Position numbers and translations under genes: made by a program. Under the pieces are notes generated by a model. That model was given only the letters and a program-made list of their open reading frames with translations. It was not told where the DNA came from and did no database searches. Of a stretch of DNA of 24,000 bases, positions 1-8,631 are shown one piece after another. Numbering within the stretch: the first letter of the stretch is position 1; each line of letters starts with the position of its first letter. Where the stretch lies: NCBI RefSeq assembly GCF_017873855.1, contig NZ_JAGGKR010000001.1, positions 1,345,529 through 1,369,528 of the forward strand, given 5' to 3'. Source of the DNA: Methanolinea mesophila. GTDB taxonomy: Archaea; Halobacteriota; Methanomicrobia; Methanomicrobiales; Methanospirillaceae.

Positions 1-888
1 AACCCGGTCCCCTTCCTGCTCGCGGAGATATTCTCCTCGAACATCGGAGGGACCGCCACGCTCATCGGCGACCCCCCGAACATCATGATCGGGTCCGCGT
101 CGGGGCTCACCTTCAACGAGTTCATCCTGAACATGGGCCCTATCGCGGCGGTGGATATGGCCGTGGTGCTCCTCATGCTCTACCTGATCTACGGGAGGAC
201 CCTCAGGGTGCACCCGGAGAAGAAGGGAGCGATCCACGCCGCGCTCGAGGGGCTCGACGAGCGGGCGGCGATCAAGGACCGGTCCCTGTTCAATAAGTCG
301 GTGATCGTCATCGCCGGGGTGATCGTCGCCTTCTTCCTCCATAGCTACATCGGGCTGGAGCCGGCGCTCGTCGCCCTCATCGGTGCCGCGGCAATCCTCA
401 TCTGGACACGCCAGCCCCCCGAAGAGATCCTGGAGAAGATCGAATGGCCCGCACTCTTCTTCTTCGGCGGATTGTTCATCGTGGTGGGCGCCCTGGTGCA
501 GACCGGGGTGATATCCCAGCTCGCCGGGTTCGTGGTGGCCCATGTCCATACCACCGGGGAATCCATCCTGGTCATCGCCTGGTTCTCCGCCTTCGCCTCG
601 GCGGTGGTGGACAACATCCCCCTTACCGCGACCCTGATACCCCTCATAAAAGACCTCGGGGGAGCGATGGAGATCTATCCCTTATGGTGGGCGCTCTCGC
701 TCGGGGCATGCCTCGGAGGGAACGGTTCGGCGATCGGGGCATCCGCCAACGTGGTCGTCCTGGGTATCGCCGAACGGGGCAGAATAAAAATATCTTTCAT
801 GGAGTTCCTCAAGATCGGTATGCTGATCCTGGTAGTCACCGTCGCGGTGGGGGTCGGGATTTTGTGGATCCGCTACGTGGGGTTCTGA
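1..888 (+). CDS. ArsB/NhaD-superfamily (CitMHS-type) ion/anion permease, C-terminal part; 5' end lies outside the window
   Basis: Frame 1 is open from nt 1 (NPVPFLLAEIFSSNIGGTATLIGDPPNIMIG...), so the listed Met at 85 is internal. The protein is polytopic and hydrophobic. Motifs SSNIGGTATLIGDPPN, VVDNIPLTATLIPL and GGNGSAIGASANVV are typical of this permease superfamily. Third codon positions are strongly G/C. Confidence 0.75.
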   Translation, partial: NPVPFLLAEIFSSNIGGTATLIGDPPNIMIGSASGLTFNEFILNMGPIAAVDMAVVLLMLYLIYGRTLRVHPEKKGAIHAALEGLDERAAIKDRSLFNKSVIVIAGVIVAFFLHSYIGLEPALVALIGAAAILIWTRQPPEEILEKIEWPALFFFGGLFIVVGALVQTGVISQLAGFVVAHVHTTGESILVIAWFSAFASAVVDNIPLTATLIPLIKDLGGAMEIYPLWWALSLGACLGGNGSAIGASANVVVLGIAERGRIKISFMEFLKIGMLILVVTVAVGVGILWIRYVGF

Positions 889-892
889 GAGA

Positions 893-1342
893 ATGAAGAT
901 ACTGGTATTACTTGACGGCTCGACCTGGAGCCAGAAGTGCGCGATCCACGCATTGCAGGTCGCGAAAAACAGGGGCGCGGAGGTGACGTTCTTCTCGGTG
1001 CTCGACCGGAACGAGGCACGGGCCCTGGCGTTCAATTTCTGTGCGCAAAGTGAACTCTGCAGCCAGATCAAGGATTACGAGGAGCAGATCTGGCGGGATA
1101 TGCGGCGGAACATCAACAGCGAGATGAACGACCTCTCCATTCACTGCGCCAGGGAAGACGTGAAGTGCAGGTCCATGGTCGTGGAAGGCCCGGTCCAGGA
1201 CGAGGTCATCCGTGAGGCAAACAGCGGGGGTTACTTCCTGGTGGTCATGGGCGCGTATGGAAAAAGCGGGAAGTCGCACTGCGGTTCGCTCTCCGAACTG
1301 GTCGCAGGGAAGATCACTCCGCCGCTGCTGATCGTGAAATAG
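893..1342 (+). CDS. Universal stress protein (UspA family)
   Basis: N-terminus MKILVLLDGS and C-terminus VVMGAYGKSGKSHCGSLSELVAGKITPPLLIV (glycine-rich nucleotide-binding-type motif) fit the ~150-aa Usp fold. The ATG lies 4 nt after the permease stop, so the two are probably co-transcribed. Confidence 0.8.
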   Translation: MKILVLLDGSTWSQKCAIHALQVAKNRGAEVTFFSVLDRNEARALAFNFCAQSELCSQIKDYEEQIWRDMRRNINSEMNDLSIHCAREDVKCRSMVVEGPVQDEVIREANSGGYFLVVMGAYGKSGKSHCGSLSELVAGKITPPLLIVK

Positions 1343-1355
1343 GCCAGGGATATTA

Positions 1356-1366
1356 TTTTTTTAAAA
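1356..1366. terminator. T7-A4 tract between the convergent usp and acnX genes
   Basis: TATTATTTTTTTAAAATAG starts 10 nt after the usp stop. It gives T7 on the plus strand but only T4 on the minus strand. Confidence 0.4.
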
Positions 1367-1420
1367 TAGTTCATTCATGCCCGGGATGACACCCCCGGTA
1401 TCCGCACCCACTTCTTAGTT

Positions 1421-2590
1421 TTATGGAGCTCCCGTCGCCACCCGGATGCACTCCTCGGTGGTACCCAGTCGCACCGCAGCCCCGCACATGTTAGGCACAT
1501 AGGAGAAGGCTTTCCCCGAGTTGACCATGATAGTCCCGAACCGTTCCATCGCCGGGGAGACCACCATGCAGGTATCGGCAAAGACCCTGGCCCCACTCTT
1601 TTCTATGGCCGCCACCAGGGGCTTCTGTTTCTCCATGACCCCACGGGCTGCGAAGACATAGAGGGGGATGCGGACCGTTTTTCCTTCAAGGAGGGACGCG
1701 ATCCGGGATAGTTCCTGCTCCGAGCAGTGGGGGCAGCCGAGCGCCACCGCGTCCACAGGGGCATCCTGAAAGACGTCCGTGATCTCCTCCCACACGACCG
1801 GGATCGTTTCCAGGCTGCGGGTGTCGTAGGTGAAGATACGCGCCTCGGGGGTGATCCCCTCCACGTGGAACAGCGCCACCGCACCGGATGCGGCCATTGC
1901 CGCCCCGAGCGTCTTCAACTGGTCACGGGTGGGACGGATCCCCGAAAAGATGGGGATCCTGTTCCCCGCAATGGATCCGACCCGGTATCCAAGGGCCCCG
2001 TAGTGGGCCGTTTCCAGCTCGTGGCCGTCCGTCTCCACCCTGATCGCGAGCTGCGGGGCCCGTACCGCCACGAGGTGGAGGCCGTATTCCGGCGTCCTCC
2101 CTACGATTGCTGCCGCAAGGGCGCTCGGCCCGCCCTCCCGGTTCGTCCGTGCTCCCACCACCGAGTTTGCGTAGGCCACCGCCGAGGACTCCGACCATGC
2201 CAGGTGGTCGCCGTAGTGGATCAGGTGCAGGTAGTAGGGGGTGCAGGTGCACTCCAGCCGCACCCCGAGCCGGCGGTAGGCCTCGATGACCTCCTCCTGC
2301 TTCGCAGCGAATCCCGGGTCGATCCCCATCTCCCTCCACCGGGACCGGTCCATCCCCACCGGGTTGAGCATAGTGGGGACCGCGACGGTGGAATCGAGGC
2401 TCCGGAGCCAGGAGAGGCCGTATTCCCCGATGGTCTTATATGAAGCGCCTGAGACCTGGACGCTCCGCACCGGGACCATCCGCTCCGCACCGAAGACTTT
2501 CCCGAGGGCGACCAGGATCTCCATCATCTTCATCCTGGTCTCGCCCTCTTCGCCCTCGAGGATCCGCTCCTCCTCCCCGGTCAAAAACAT
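1421..2590 (-). CDS. Aconitase X catalytic-domain protein (DUF521); probable large subunit of phosphomevalonate dehydratase
   Basis: N-terminus MFLTGEEERILEGEEGE..MEILVALGKVFGAERMVPVRSVQVSGASYKT is the characteristic AcnX/DUF521 start. Length is ~390 aa. The ATG at 2590 lies 3 nt after the stop of the UbiD-like gene. The functional call relies on this adjacency plus published archaeal mevalonate-pathway work. Confidence 0.75.
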   Translation of the reverse strand: MFLTGEEERILEGEEGETRMKMMEILVALGKVFGAERMVPVRSVQVSGASYKTIGEYGLSWLRSLDSTVAVPTMLNPVGMDRSRWREMGIDPGFAAKQEEVIEAYRRLGVRLECTCTPYYLHLIHYGDHLAWSESSAVAYANSVVGARTNREGGPSALAAAIVGRTPEYGLHLVAVRAPQLAIRVETDGHELETAHYGALGYRVGSIAGNRIPIFSGIRPTRDQLKTLGAAMAASGAVALFHVEGITPEARIFTYDTRSLETIPVVWEEITDVFQDAPVDAVALGCPHCSEQELSRIASLLEGKTVRIPLYVFAARGVMEKQKPLVAAIEKSGARVFADTCMVVSPAMERFGTIMVNSGKAFSYVPNMCGAAVRLGTTEECIRVATGAP

Positions 2591-2593
2591 CGG

Positions 2594-3829
2594 CTACCAC
2601 CCTGCACGGAGGAACTCGCGTTCCCGGCCGAGCTCCATGGTGGCGTCGACCCCTACCTTGACATTGGTCCCGTCCTCAGCCTGGCAGGGATCGAGCGAAG
2701 AGCCCCGTGCGCCGGGTATTATCAGGATGTCCTTATCGCCCCGGACCCTGGTCGCGATGGCGAACTCGACGTCCTTCGGGTCGTCAGGGTTGATATCCTC
2801 ATCCACCACCACCACGTGTTTGAGGGAGGTATGGGCCGCAAGGGCGGCGAGAATGGCGTTCTTGCCGTCGCCCTGGGTGTTCTTCCTGACCTGGACCACC
2901 GCGTGGAAATAGCCACATCCCCCGGTGGTGAGGACTACGTTCTTCACCTCGGTCACCCCCGCTACCGCGCGGTAAATGACCGGCTCGTACGGGGCTCCCA
3001 TCAGCATCTTGTGCTCGTTGCCTCCCGGGAGAATCCCGTGGTAGATGTAGTCAGGGGCAAGGTGCATACCAGTGAACTCGATCACCGGCTGCTGCCGGAT
3101 CAGGTCGTAGGTCCCGGTGATGTCCACGAACGGGCCTTCGGCGGTCTTTTCACCGCCGATATACCCTTCCAGCACGATCTCGGCGGGCGGGACCAGCACC
3201 CCGTTCGGGCACCGGGAGACCCGGAGCTCGCCCCCCATCAGTTCCGCAGCGAACTCGAGTTCCTTCCCCCGCGGCACGCGGGTGCAGCTCGCGAATATCA
3301 CTGCCGGGTGTACCCCGATGGCCATGGCGACAGGAAGCCGCTCCCCGTTCTCCAGGGCCGCGCGGAGCATGGTATGGGTGTGCCGTCCTTCCACCAGCCG
3401 GGCCGCGACCCGGTCCTTAGAGAGGACCAGCATCCGGTGGATGGAGGCGTTCTCCACCTCGTCGTAACGGGAGAAGACGATCCCTGCAGTGATGTACGGG
3501 CCGGCATCGAGCGGGAAGTGTTTCATAACCGGAAGGCGGGAGAGGTCCGGTTTTTCCATGGAAAGCGTCCCCTCGCGGATCACGTCACCTGTGTATTCCA
3601 TCCCAGAAAGCCGTTTCACCATCCCAGTCTGGTCCATCCCCAGTGCGAGGGCCAGGGATTCACGGTTGGCGGTGAGGTTCATCACCGCCCGGTGTCCCGA
3701 GAGGTTGTGGAAGAAGAGCAGCCTGTCCGTCCCTGCCGCCATTTTCGGCGCAGCGAACTCTTCGTCACATGCCCCCTCGATATCCGTCACCAGTCCGCGT
3801 TCCCTCATCCGCGCAATAAACTCCCGCAT
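2594..3829 (-). CDS. UbiD-family (prFMN-dependent) decarboxylase; probable anhydromevalonate-phosphate decarboxylase
   Basis: The ~411-aa ORF resembles UbiD throughout (MREFIARMRERGLVTDIEG.., ..GPFVDITGTYD.., ..GGCGYFHAVVQV.., ..VVVVDEDINPDD..). The ORF track starts at a GTG (3832). The adjacent ATG at 3829 is preceded by AGGTGA (3834-3839 on the minus strand) with a 4-nt spacer, so I prefer 3829. Confidence 0.8.
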   Translation of the reverse strand: MREFIARMRERGLVTDIEGACDEEFAAPKMAAGTDRLLFFHNLSGHRAVMNLTANRESLALALGMDQTGMVKRLSGMEYTGDVIREGTLSMEKPDLSRLPVMKHFPLDAGPYITAGIVFSRYDEVENASIHRMLVLSKDRVAARLVEGRHTHTMLRAALENGERLPVAMAIGVHPAVIFASCTRVPRGKELEFAAELMGGELRVSRCPNGVLVPPAEIVLEGYIGGEKTAEGPFVDITGTYDLIRQQPVIEFTGMHLAPDYIYHGILPGGNEHKMLMGAPYEPVIYRAVAGVTEVKNVVLTTGGCGYFHAVVQVRKNTQGDGKNAILAALAAHTSLKHVVVVDEDINPDDPKDVEFAIATRVRGDKDILIIPGARGSSLDPCQAEDGTNVKVGVDATMELGREREFLRAGW

Positions 3830-4352
3830 CACTTCACCTGGATTCAGGTTGGAGACCGAGGCTCATAAATCGATATCCAGGTACAGGTGTTTTCCCCCTG
3901 CGATCACTACCTCCTGTTGACAAACAATTCCGGGGCCTCTTGTTCCACGGGTGGGATGTTCCAAATGCCTGTGCTAAGAGAACCGCAAAATCGACTTTGT
4001 TGGCATCCTTACCATGTGACGTTCTTGGGAGCTTCGCCCACGATACTGCGCCAGCCCCCGGCGCGATATCTCCCGAAAAAGTTTAACTCTTGCCGATATT
4101 GCTCAATATCAAATAAGTAAAAAGATCCTCGACCTGCGACAGTCCGGAAATATCCTGTCGGGGCGTCGCAGCGGCGCGGCGCAGCTCCAGGAGCATCATA
4201 TACCATAGAGTGTGTTCTTAAACTACCCCGGGCAAAGCCTCGGGAATATAGTCATCAATGAAGGAAATCGAGGATGTCAACCAAGCCGAAAATATCAAAA
4301 ACACAAAATGGGAACCCGGTAATCGTATTCCTAGCGGCCGCCGGGCCGGCCG

Positions 4353-4358
4353 AAAAAA
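4353..4358 (-). terminator. Oligo-T tract (T6) directly after the stop of the 147-aa gene, followed by a GC-rich palindrome cluster (4334-4352)
   Basis: The minus strand reads TAA-TTTTTT-CGGCCGGCCCGGCGGCCGC. Archaeal RNA polymerase terminates at oligo-T runs. Confidence 0.4.
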
Positions 4359-4802
4359 TTACCCCCTGGGGGGGGAATAGAACCGGTACCGGAACTGCGC
4401 ATCCTCGAGTTTTTGTGCCGTGCGGGGGTCGAGCTCGCGCCGCACCGCACGAACGATATTGTTCAGGATGTTGAGCTGCTTGAGCACGTCCAGATCGTCG
4501 TCCCCGTATTCGTTGAGGAAATCGAGGAGCTCGTTCACGTGCTTCAGCACGGTCGGTCCCGCAACGAGGTTGAGCCGGTTCAGCGTATGAGCCAGGCGCA
4601 TCTTCGCCCGGTCCCTCGCATACGGGTCGTCACCCGCTACGTTCAGGTCGGTGATGGCATGGAAAAGGTCCTCGTAGACCTTTTGTTTCTGCCGGTTCCT
4701 GACCAGGGAGAGCTCCCTTCCCTCGGAATAAATATAGGAGAGACAGAGCGCGATTACAATCGCCACCACCCCTGTCGTGACCACAATCCAGTCTTCTATC
4801 AT
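4359..4802 (-). CDS. Hypothetical small membrane-anchored protein (one N-terminal TM helix plus a charged helical domain)
   Basis: ATG start and good G/C third-position bias. The N-terminal hydrophobic segment WIVVTTGVVAIVIALCLSYIY is followed by a ~120-aa helical-looking region. The stop TAA is followed directly by T6 on the coding strand. I recognise no family. Confidence 0.6.
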   Translation of the reverse strand: MIEDWIVVTTGVVAIVIALCLSYIYSEGRELSLVRNRQKQKVYEDLFHAITDLNVAGDDPYARDRAKMRLAHTLNRLNLVAGPTVLKHVNELLDFLNEYGDDDLDVLKQLNILNNIVRAVRRELDPRTAQKLEDAQFRYRFYSPPRG

Positions 4803-4828
4803 CCAAACACCCGCGTCATCCGAGGGCC

Positions 4829-4836
4829 GTTATAAA
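4829..4836 (-). promoter_or_regulatory. TATA-like box (TTTATAAC on the minus strand) ~30 nt upstream of the 147-aa gene ATG
   Basis: GGGGTTTATAACGG on the coding strand is centred ~30 nt from the ATG at 4802. This implies an own promoter and a near-leaderless mRNA. Confidence 0.35.
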
Positions 4837-4904
4837 CCCCTCGTTGTGAGGTGCGCGTTTCGAATGATAAACGTTGCCGTTCTGTTCCGCCTCCGCACCA
4901 AAGA

Positions 4905-6113
4905 CTATCCTTCCGTTATAAGCCGTTTCTGGGTAGTAACGGGCCGGACGTGGAGCACCTCGGCGGCCGCCCTCCCCACCGCCTCCACGTGGGCGGGAAG
5001 AGTATAAACCCCCACCCTCCACTGGCCCTTCCTGGTCTCGTTCAGGGTGGTGAGGATGGGCGAGACCTCCCCCAGCCCGAGCACCCGGTGGCGGTTCTTG
5101 ACCTGGATGGGAAGGGACATGTCGGAGGGGAACTCAGGGATATCCACCAGCACCAGGTGCGGGGGAACCCCCGCCCGGTCCGCGATCTCGACCGCGAACA
5201 CCCGTTCGTCATGATGGGAGGCTTTCCCCGCCAGGTTGTAGGCATTGACCTGGTCCTGTCCGACATACAGGGCTCTTTTGTACAGCCGCCGGGCGTAGAG
5301 ACCCTCGGCAAGCTCCCTGGCAACCGTGACCGGAGAGGTAAGAAGGGTGTGCATGCATTTGGCATCGTCCATCCTCATCAGGGCGAAAGCCTCCCCGCGG
5401 TTTCCCGAGAGGTGGGCAGTCACCGACAGGAGGAACATCATCTCCGCGATCCTGCTTACGTGGTGGTAATAGACCGCGGGGCGCATCAGCGTCCGTGCGA
5501 TCAGGAGGGACTCCGCGGCATTGATCCCGCTCTCGTGGAGCACGATCTGGTCTTTTGCCCGGAGCGTGCTCCGTATCAGGCGGTGCGCATCGACCGTCCC
5601 GTAAGGGGCTCCGGTGTAATGGGCATCCCGGAGCAGGTAGTCCATCCGGTCTACGTCCAGCTCCCCGTGGATTATCCCCGAGAGGGGATGGTCGCCGTCG
5701 ATCAGCGAGACCAGGTCGGCGGGGCTGATTCCCTGTCCTTCCAGCGCATCCCTGGTATAGGGGTCCTCGAGCAGGGGGCGGATATAGTGGTGGGGGTACC
5801 CGAGCAGGTCCTCCATGAGCGGCTCGATGGCATGGGAGAACGGTCCGTGCCCGATATCGTGCAGCAGTGCCGCTGCAGCGACCAGTTTCTGCTCCTCTTC
5901 ATCGAGCTGGAGCTGGCGGGCCATCAGGTCGGAAAGGTACATGGTCCCCAGGGAGTGTTCGAACCGGGTATGGTTCGCTCCCGGGTAGACCAGGAAAGAG
6001 AAGCCCAGTTGCTTCACGTAGCGAAGTCGCTGCAGAAGGGGTGAGTCAAGAAGCGGAAGGACGAAATCCGCCACATCGATATACCCGTGCACCGGGTCCT
6101 TGATGATCTTCAT
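4905..6113 (-). CDS. HD-domain phosphohydrolase of the SAMHD1/EF1143-like dNTP triphosphohydrolase family (COG1078-type)
   Basis: IKDPVHGYI.., NHTRFEHSLGTMYL, AALLHDIGHGPFSH and ELDVDRMDYLLRDAHYTG are the conserved H..HD..D blocks of this family. Length is 402 aa with an ATG start. Confidence 0.85.
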   Translation of the reverse strand: MKIIKDPVHGYIDVADFVLPLLDSPLLQRLRYVKQLGFSFLVYPGANHTRFEHSLGTMYLSDLMARQLQLDEEEQKLVAAAALLHDIGHGPFSHAIEPLMEDLLGYPHHYIRPLLEDPYTRDALEGQGISPADLVSLIDGDHPLSGIIHGELDVDRMDYLLRDAHYTGAPYGTVDAHRLIRSTLRAKDQIVLHESGINAAESLLIARTLMRPAVYYHHVSRIAEMMFLLSVTAHLSGNRGEAFALMRMDDAKCMHTLLTSPVTVARELAEGLYARRLYKRALYVGQDQVNAYNLAGKASHHDERVFAVEIADRAGVPPHLVLVDIPEFPSDMSLPIQVKNRHRVLGLGEVSPILTTLNETRKGQWRVGVYTLPAHVEAVGRAAAEVLHVRPVTTQKRLITEG

Positions 6114-6369
6114 CCAGGGTTCCCCATGATTTCTTCCTCTTTTTTTAGGTCCTCTGCTCGTGAAGTGCCGGAGCGCCTGGCATCACGGTTTTTTTCAACT
6201 TCCCGGATCGTTCTTCCCGGAGAATGATCTCCGCACACCTGCGTCGCGGTCTTCTCGCCAGGGCCCTCACATCGGGGTCGCCCGGCCTCCGCGCGGAATG
6301 CGGGAAAAATTATCCTTCCATTCCGGATAGTACCCAATCTTGATATATGACAGGTTAAAGTATGTGGAT

Positions 6370-7284
6370 ATGATTACCTTCCTTTCCGGCGGCACCGGAA
6401 CCCCGAAACTGCTCAGAGGTGCGCGAATGGAGCTCCCCGACCCGCAGATCGGGGTGGTGGTAAACACCGCCGAGGACCTCTGGATCAGCGGGAACCACCT
6501 CTCTCCCGATATCGACACTGTGATGTACCTCTTCTCCGGCGACCTGAACACGGACACCTGGTGGGGCATGAAGGACGACACCTTCGCCACACACGAAGAA
6601 GCCAAAAAACTCGGTGTTGAGGAGTTCATCAGGATCGGTGACCGGGACAGGGCGGTGCATATCGCCCGCGGGGAACTTCTCCGGAGGGGGCTCTCTCTCT
6701 CGGGGGCGACCGAGCAGCTCTGCCGGGCGATGGGTATCGGCGCGAGGATATTTCCGATGTCCGACGCGGAGGTACGCACCCTGATCCGGAGCGGGACCAC
6801 GACCATGCACTTCCAGGAGTACTGGGTGAAGAACCGGGGTAATGTCCCGGTCGATGAGGTGATCAGGTCGCCGGCATCCCCGGTGGACGCGGGTGACCCG
6901 GCCCTCACCCTGATTGGGGAGAGCAGTGCAGTGGTGATCGGGCCGAGCAACCCTATCACCAGCATCCTTCCCATCCTTGAGTGCCGGGGGGTCCGAGAAC
7001 TCCTGGAAGAGCGGTTCGTGGTCGCGGTGAGCCCGTTCATCGGCGACGCCCCGGTGAGCGGCCCCGCGGGGGAACTGATGAAGGCCCGTGGCTTCGAACC
7101 GAACTCGCGTGCGGTCCATGGGATCTACGACCCCCTGGTCGACCTCTTTGTGCAGGACATCCGGGACCCGGTCACGGTCCCCGGTGCGCTCCGTTTCGAT
7201 ACCCTGATGACCGGACCGGAAAAGAGCCGGGATCTTGCCCGATTTATCCTTAACGAGATCCGTTCGCGGGGAATGGCGGTGTAG
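6370..7284 (+). CDS. cofD: 2-phospho-L-lactate transferase (coenzyme F420 biosynthesis)
   Basis: [17 protein letters not shown] at the N-terminus is the CofD signature, and the ~305-aa length fits. The ORF track opens at a TTG (6340), 10 codons upstream. The ATG at 6370 matches the family N-terminus. Confidence 0.85.
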   Translation: MITFLSGGTGTPKLLRGARMELPDPQIGVVVNTAEDLWISGNHLSPDIDTVMYLFSGDLNTDTWWGMKDDTFATHEEAKKLGVEEFIRIGDRDRAVHIARGELLRRGLSLSGATEQLCRAMGIGARIFPMSDAEVRTLIRSGTTTMHFQEYWVKNRGNVPVDEVIRSPASPVDAGDPALTLIGESSAVVIGPSNPITSILPILECRGVRELLEERFVVAVSPFIGDAPVSGPAGELMKARGFEPNSRAVHGIYDPLVDLFVQDIRDPVTVPGALRFDTLMTGPEKSRDLARFILNEIRSRGMAV

Positions 7285-7350
7285 GGGTATCCTCCGGGAT
7301 CTCGATATGTATTTGAGATTGAGGGCAGATACAGTGTAATCGAGGAGGAA

Positions 7351-8625
7351 ATGGGCCTATTCAAATCGATATTCGGGGGTAACGCCGAGCCGGAGGACTT
7401 CCGCGTGGGGGCGGTGGGGATCTCCGACCAGGTGGAGAAGGCGCTTGCCTACGGGGACGTCGACGACCGGTGGAACGCCATCCGTGCGGTAGGAGAACTC
7501 GGGGGACCGTTCATCGATCCACTGGTGCACGCATTAAAAGACGATTTCTGGATCATCCGCCGGGGTGCCTCGGATATGCTGGGCCGGATGGGCGCCCCGG
7601 CGGTTCTCCCCCTCGTCGCCATACTTGCGGAAGAGGACGAGGCAGTGAGGAGAGAGACCGAGCGGGCGCTCATTCTCATCGGCGACCCCTCGATCGAACC
7701 GCTTGAGAGGGCGCTCTCCGATTCAAATCCTCATATCAGGAGGGGCGCCATCGAGATCCTGGGCCTGATGCGGGTGCCCCAGGCGGTCCCCGGGATCATC
7801 CGGGCACTTTCCGATGAGAAACCGCTGGTACGTCAGGAAGCGGCGATCGCGCTCCGGCGGTACGACGAGCAGTCGTCGGTCACCCCCCTGATCGGTGTCC
7901 TCCGCGACGATTACGGGTATGTCAGGATGGCCGCAGTGGAGACCCTGTGCCTCCTTGGAACGAAAAGCATCGAACCCCTGATAACGGCCCTGGGAGAGGG
8001 GACCGGAGAGTACCAGCAGCGGGTGTCCCTGGCCCTTATCTCCATCGGCTACCCTGCGGTGGATTCCCTGATCGGCGCACTCGGTAACGAGAATGTGGAT
8101 GTTCGCCGGCATTCCGCCAATATCCTGGGCCGGATCGGGGACGCCAAGGCCACAGCGGCCCTGATCCGGTGCCTCGATGACAAAGAGAAGAGCGTTCGCG
8201 GGGAGGCGACGAAAGCCCTGACCGATATCTGCGACCCTGCCATACCGGCTCTTGTCAGAGCGTTCCATGACGGTGACCAGATCGTCAGGAACTGTGCCAT
8301 GGAGGCGCTCTGGATACTGGGGACCCGGTCGACTCCCCCGCTCCTCGAGCTCCTCGACGATCCCAACGCGGACGTGCGCCGGCGGACGGCAATCCTGCTC
8401 GGAGAGATAGGGGATAAGAACTCGCTCGAAGCCCTTTCGCGGAAGCTGACCGACGAGAACCCTGCGGTGCGAAGGGAAGCGTTCGAGGGGGTGGAGATGA
8501 TCAAGCAGAAATGCGGCATATCCCGTCCGCTCCCGGAAAGGACACCCCCGGCAGAGATCGATCTTGGAGACCCTCCCGCGGAGAACGATCCCCCCGAAGA
8601 AAAAAATAAAAAAAATCTCTGGTAA
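7351..8625 (+). CDS. HEAT-repeat (PBS-lyase HEAT-like) protein with a Pro/Glu-rich C-terminal tail
   Basis: There are twelve ~30-31-aa repeats of the form D..VR..A..aLg.iGdp.a...Li.aL.D. The conserved Arg falls at residues 40, 70, 100, 130, 161, 192, 224, 252, 283, 313, 343 and 374. A GAGGAGG Shine-Dalgarno-like element (7342-7348) sits just upstream of the ATG. Confidence 0.85.
   Translation: MGLFKSIFGGNAEPEDFRVGAVGISDQVEKALAYGDVDDRWNAIRAVGELGGPFIDPLVHALKDDFWIIRRGASDMLGRMGAPAVLPLVAILAEEDEAVRRETERALILIGDPSIEPLERALSDSNPHIRRGAIEILGLMRVPQAVPGIIRALSDEKPLVRQEAAIALRRYDEQSSVTPLIGVLRDDYGYVRMAAVETLCLLGTKSIEPLITALGEGTGEYQQRVSLALISIGYPAVDSLIGALGNENVDVRRHSANILGRIGDAKATAALIRCLDDKEKSVRGEATKALTDICDPAIPALVRAFHDGDQIVRNCAMEALWILGTRSTPPLLELLDDPNADVRRRTAILLGEIGDKNSLEALSRKLTDENPAVRREAFEGVEMIKQKCGISRPLPERTPPAEIDLGDPPAENDPPEEKNKKNLW
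7453..8505 (+). repeat. Array of 12 tandem HEAT-like repeat units (protein-level periodicity of ~90-93 nt) inside the HEAT-repeat CDS
   Basis: The spacing of the conserved VR..A motif is regular at 28-32 residues. The repeats are diverged at the nucleotide level, so this is not a DNA tandem repeat in the strict sense. Confidence 0.7.
8600..8615 (-). terminator. T8-A-T7 on the minus strand, ~25 nt after the stop of the secreted-protein gene and embedded in the last codons of the HEAT-repeat gene
   Basis: The plus strand reads A7-T-A8 and encodes ..EEKNKKN... On the minus strand this is the strongest oligo-T tract in the window. Confidence 0.4.
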
Positions 8626-8631
8626 TCTACA

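Noticed and set aside
3887-4206. Small ORFs in the 0.5-kb gap: 3887-4120(+) at 77 aa with several Cys, and 4009-4206(-) at 65 aa.
   Set aside because: Third-position G/C bias is weak compared with every confident gene in the window. The starts are GTG or weak with no ribosome-binding site, and no motif goes beyond a single CxxC. I treat them as non-coding unless transcript or proteome data say otherwise.
4334-4351. Adjacent NotI (GCGGCCGC, 4334-4341) and FseI (GGCCGGCC, 4344-4351) sites, another NotI site at 9473-9480 just after the ATG at 9468, and an AscI site near 12665. This could hint at an engineered cloning junction.
   Set aside because: GC-only 8-mers are expected at roughly this frequency in DNA this GC-rich. 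The flanks show no vector-like sequence, and the cluster is more simply read as a GC hairpin next to the T6 terminator of the 147-aa gene.
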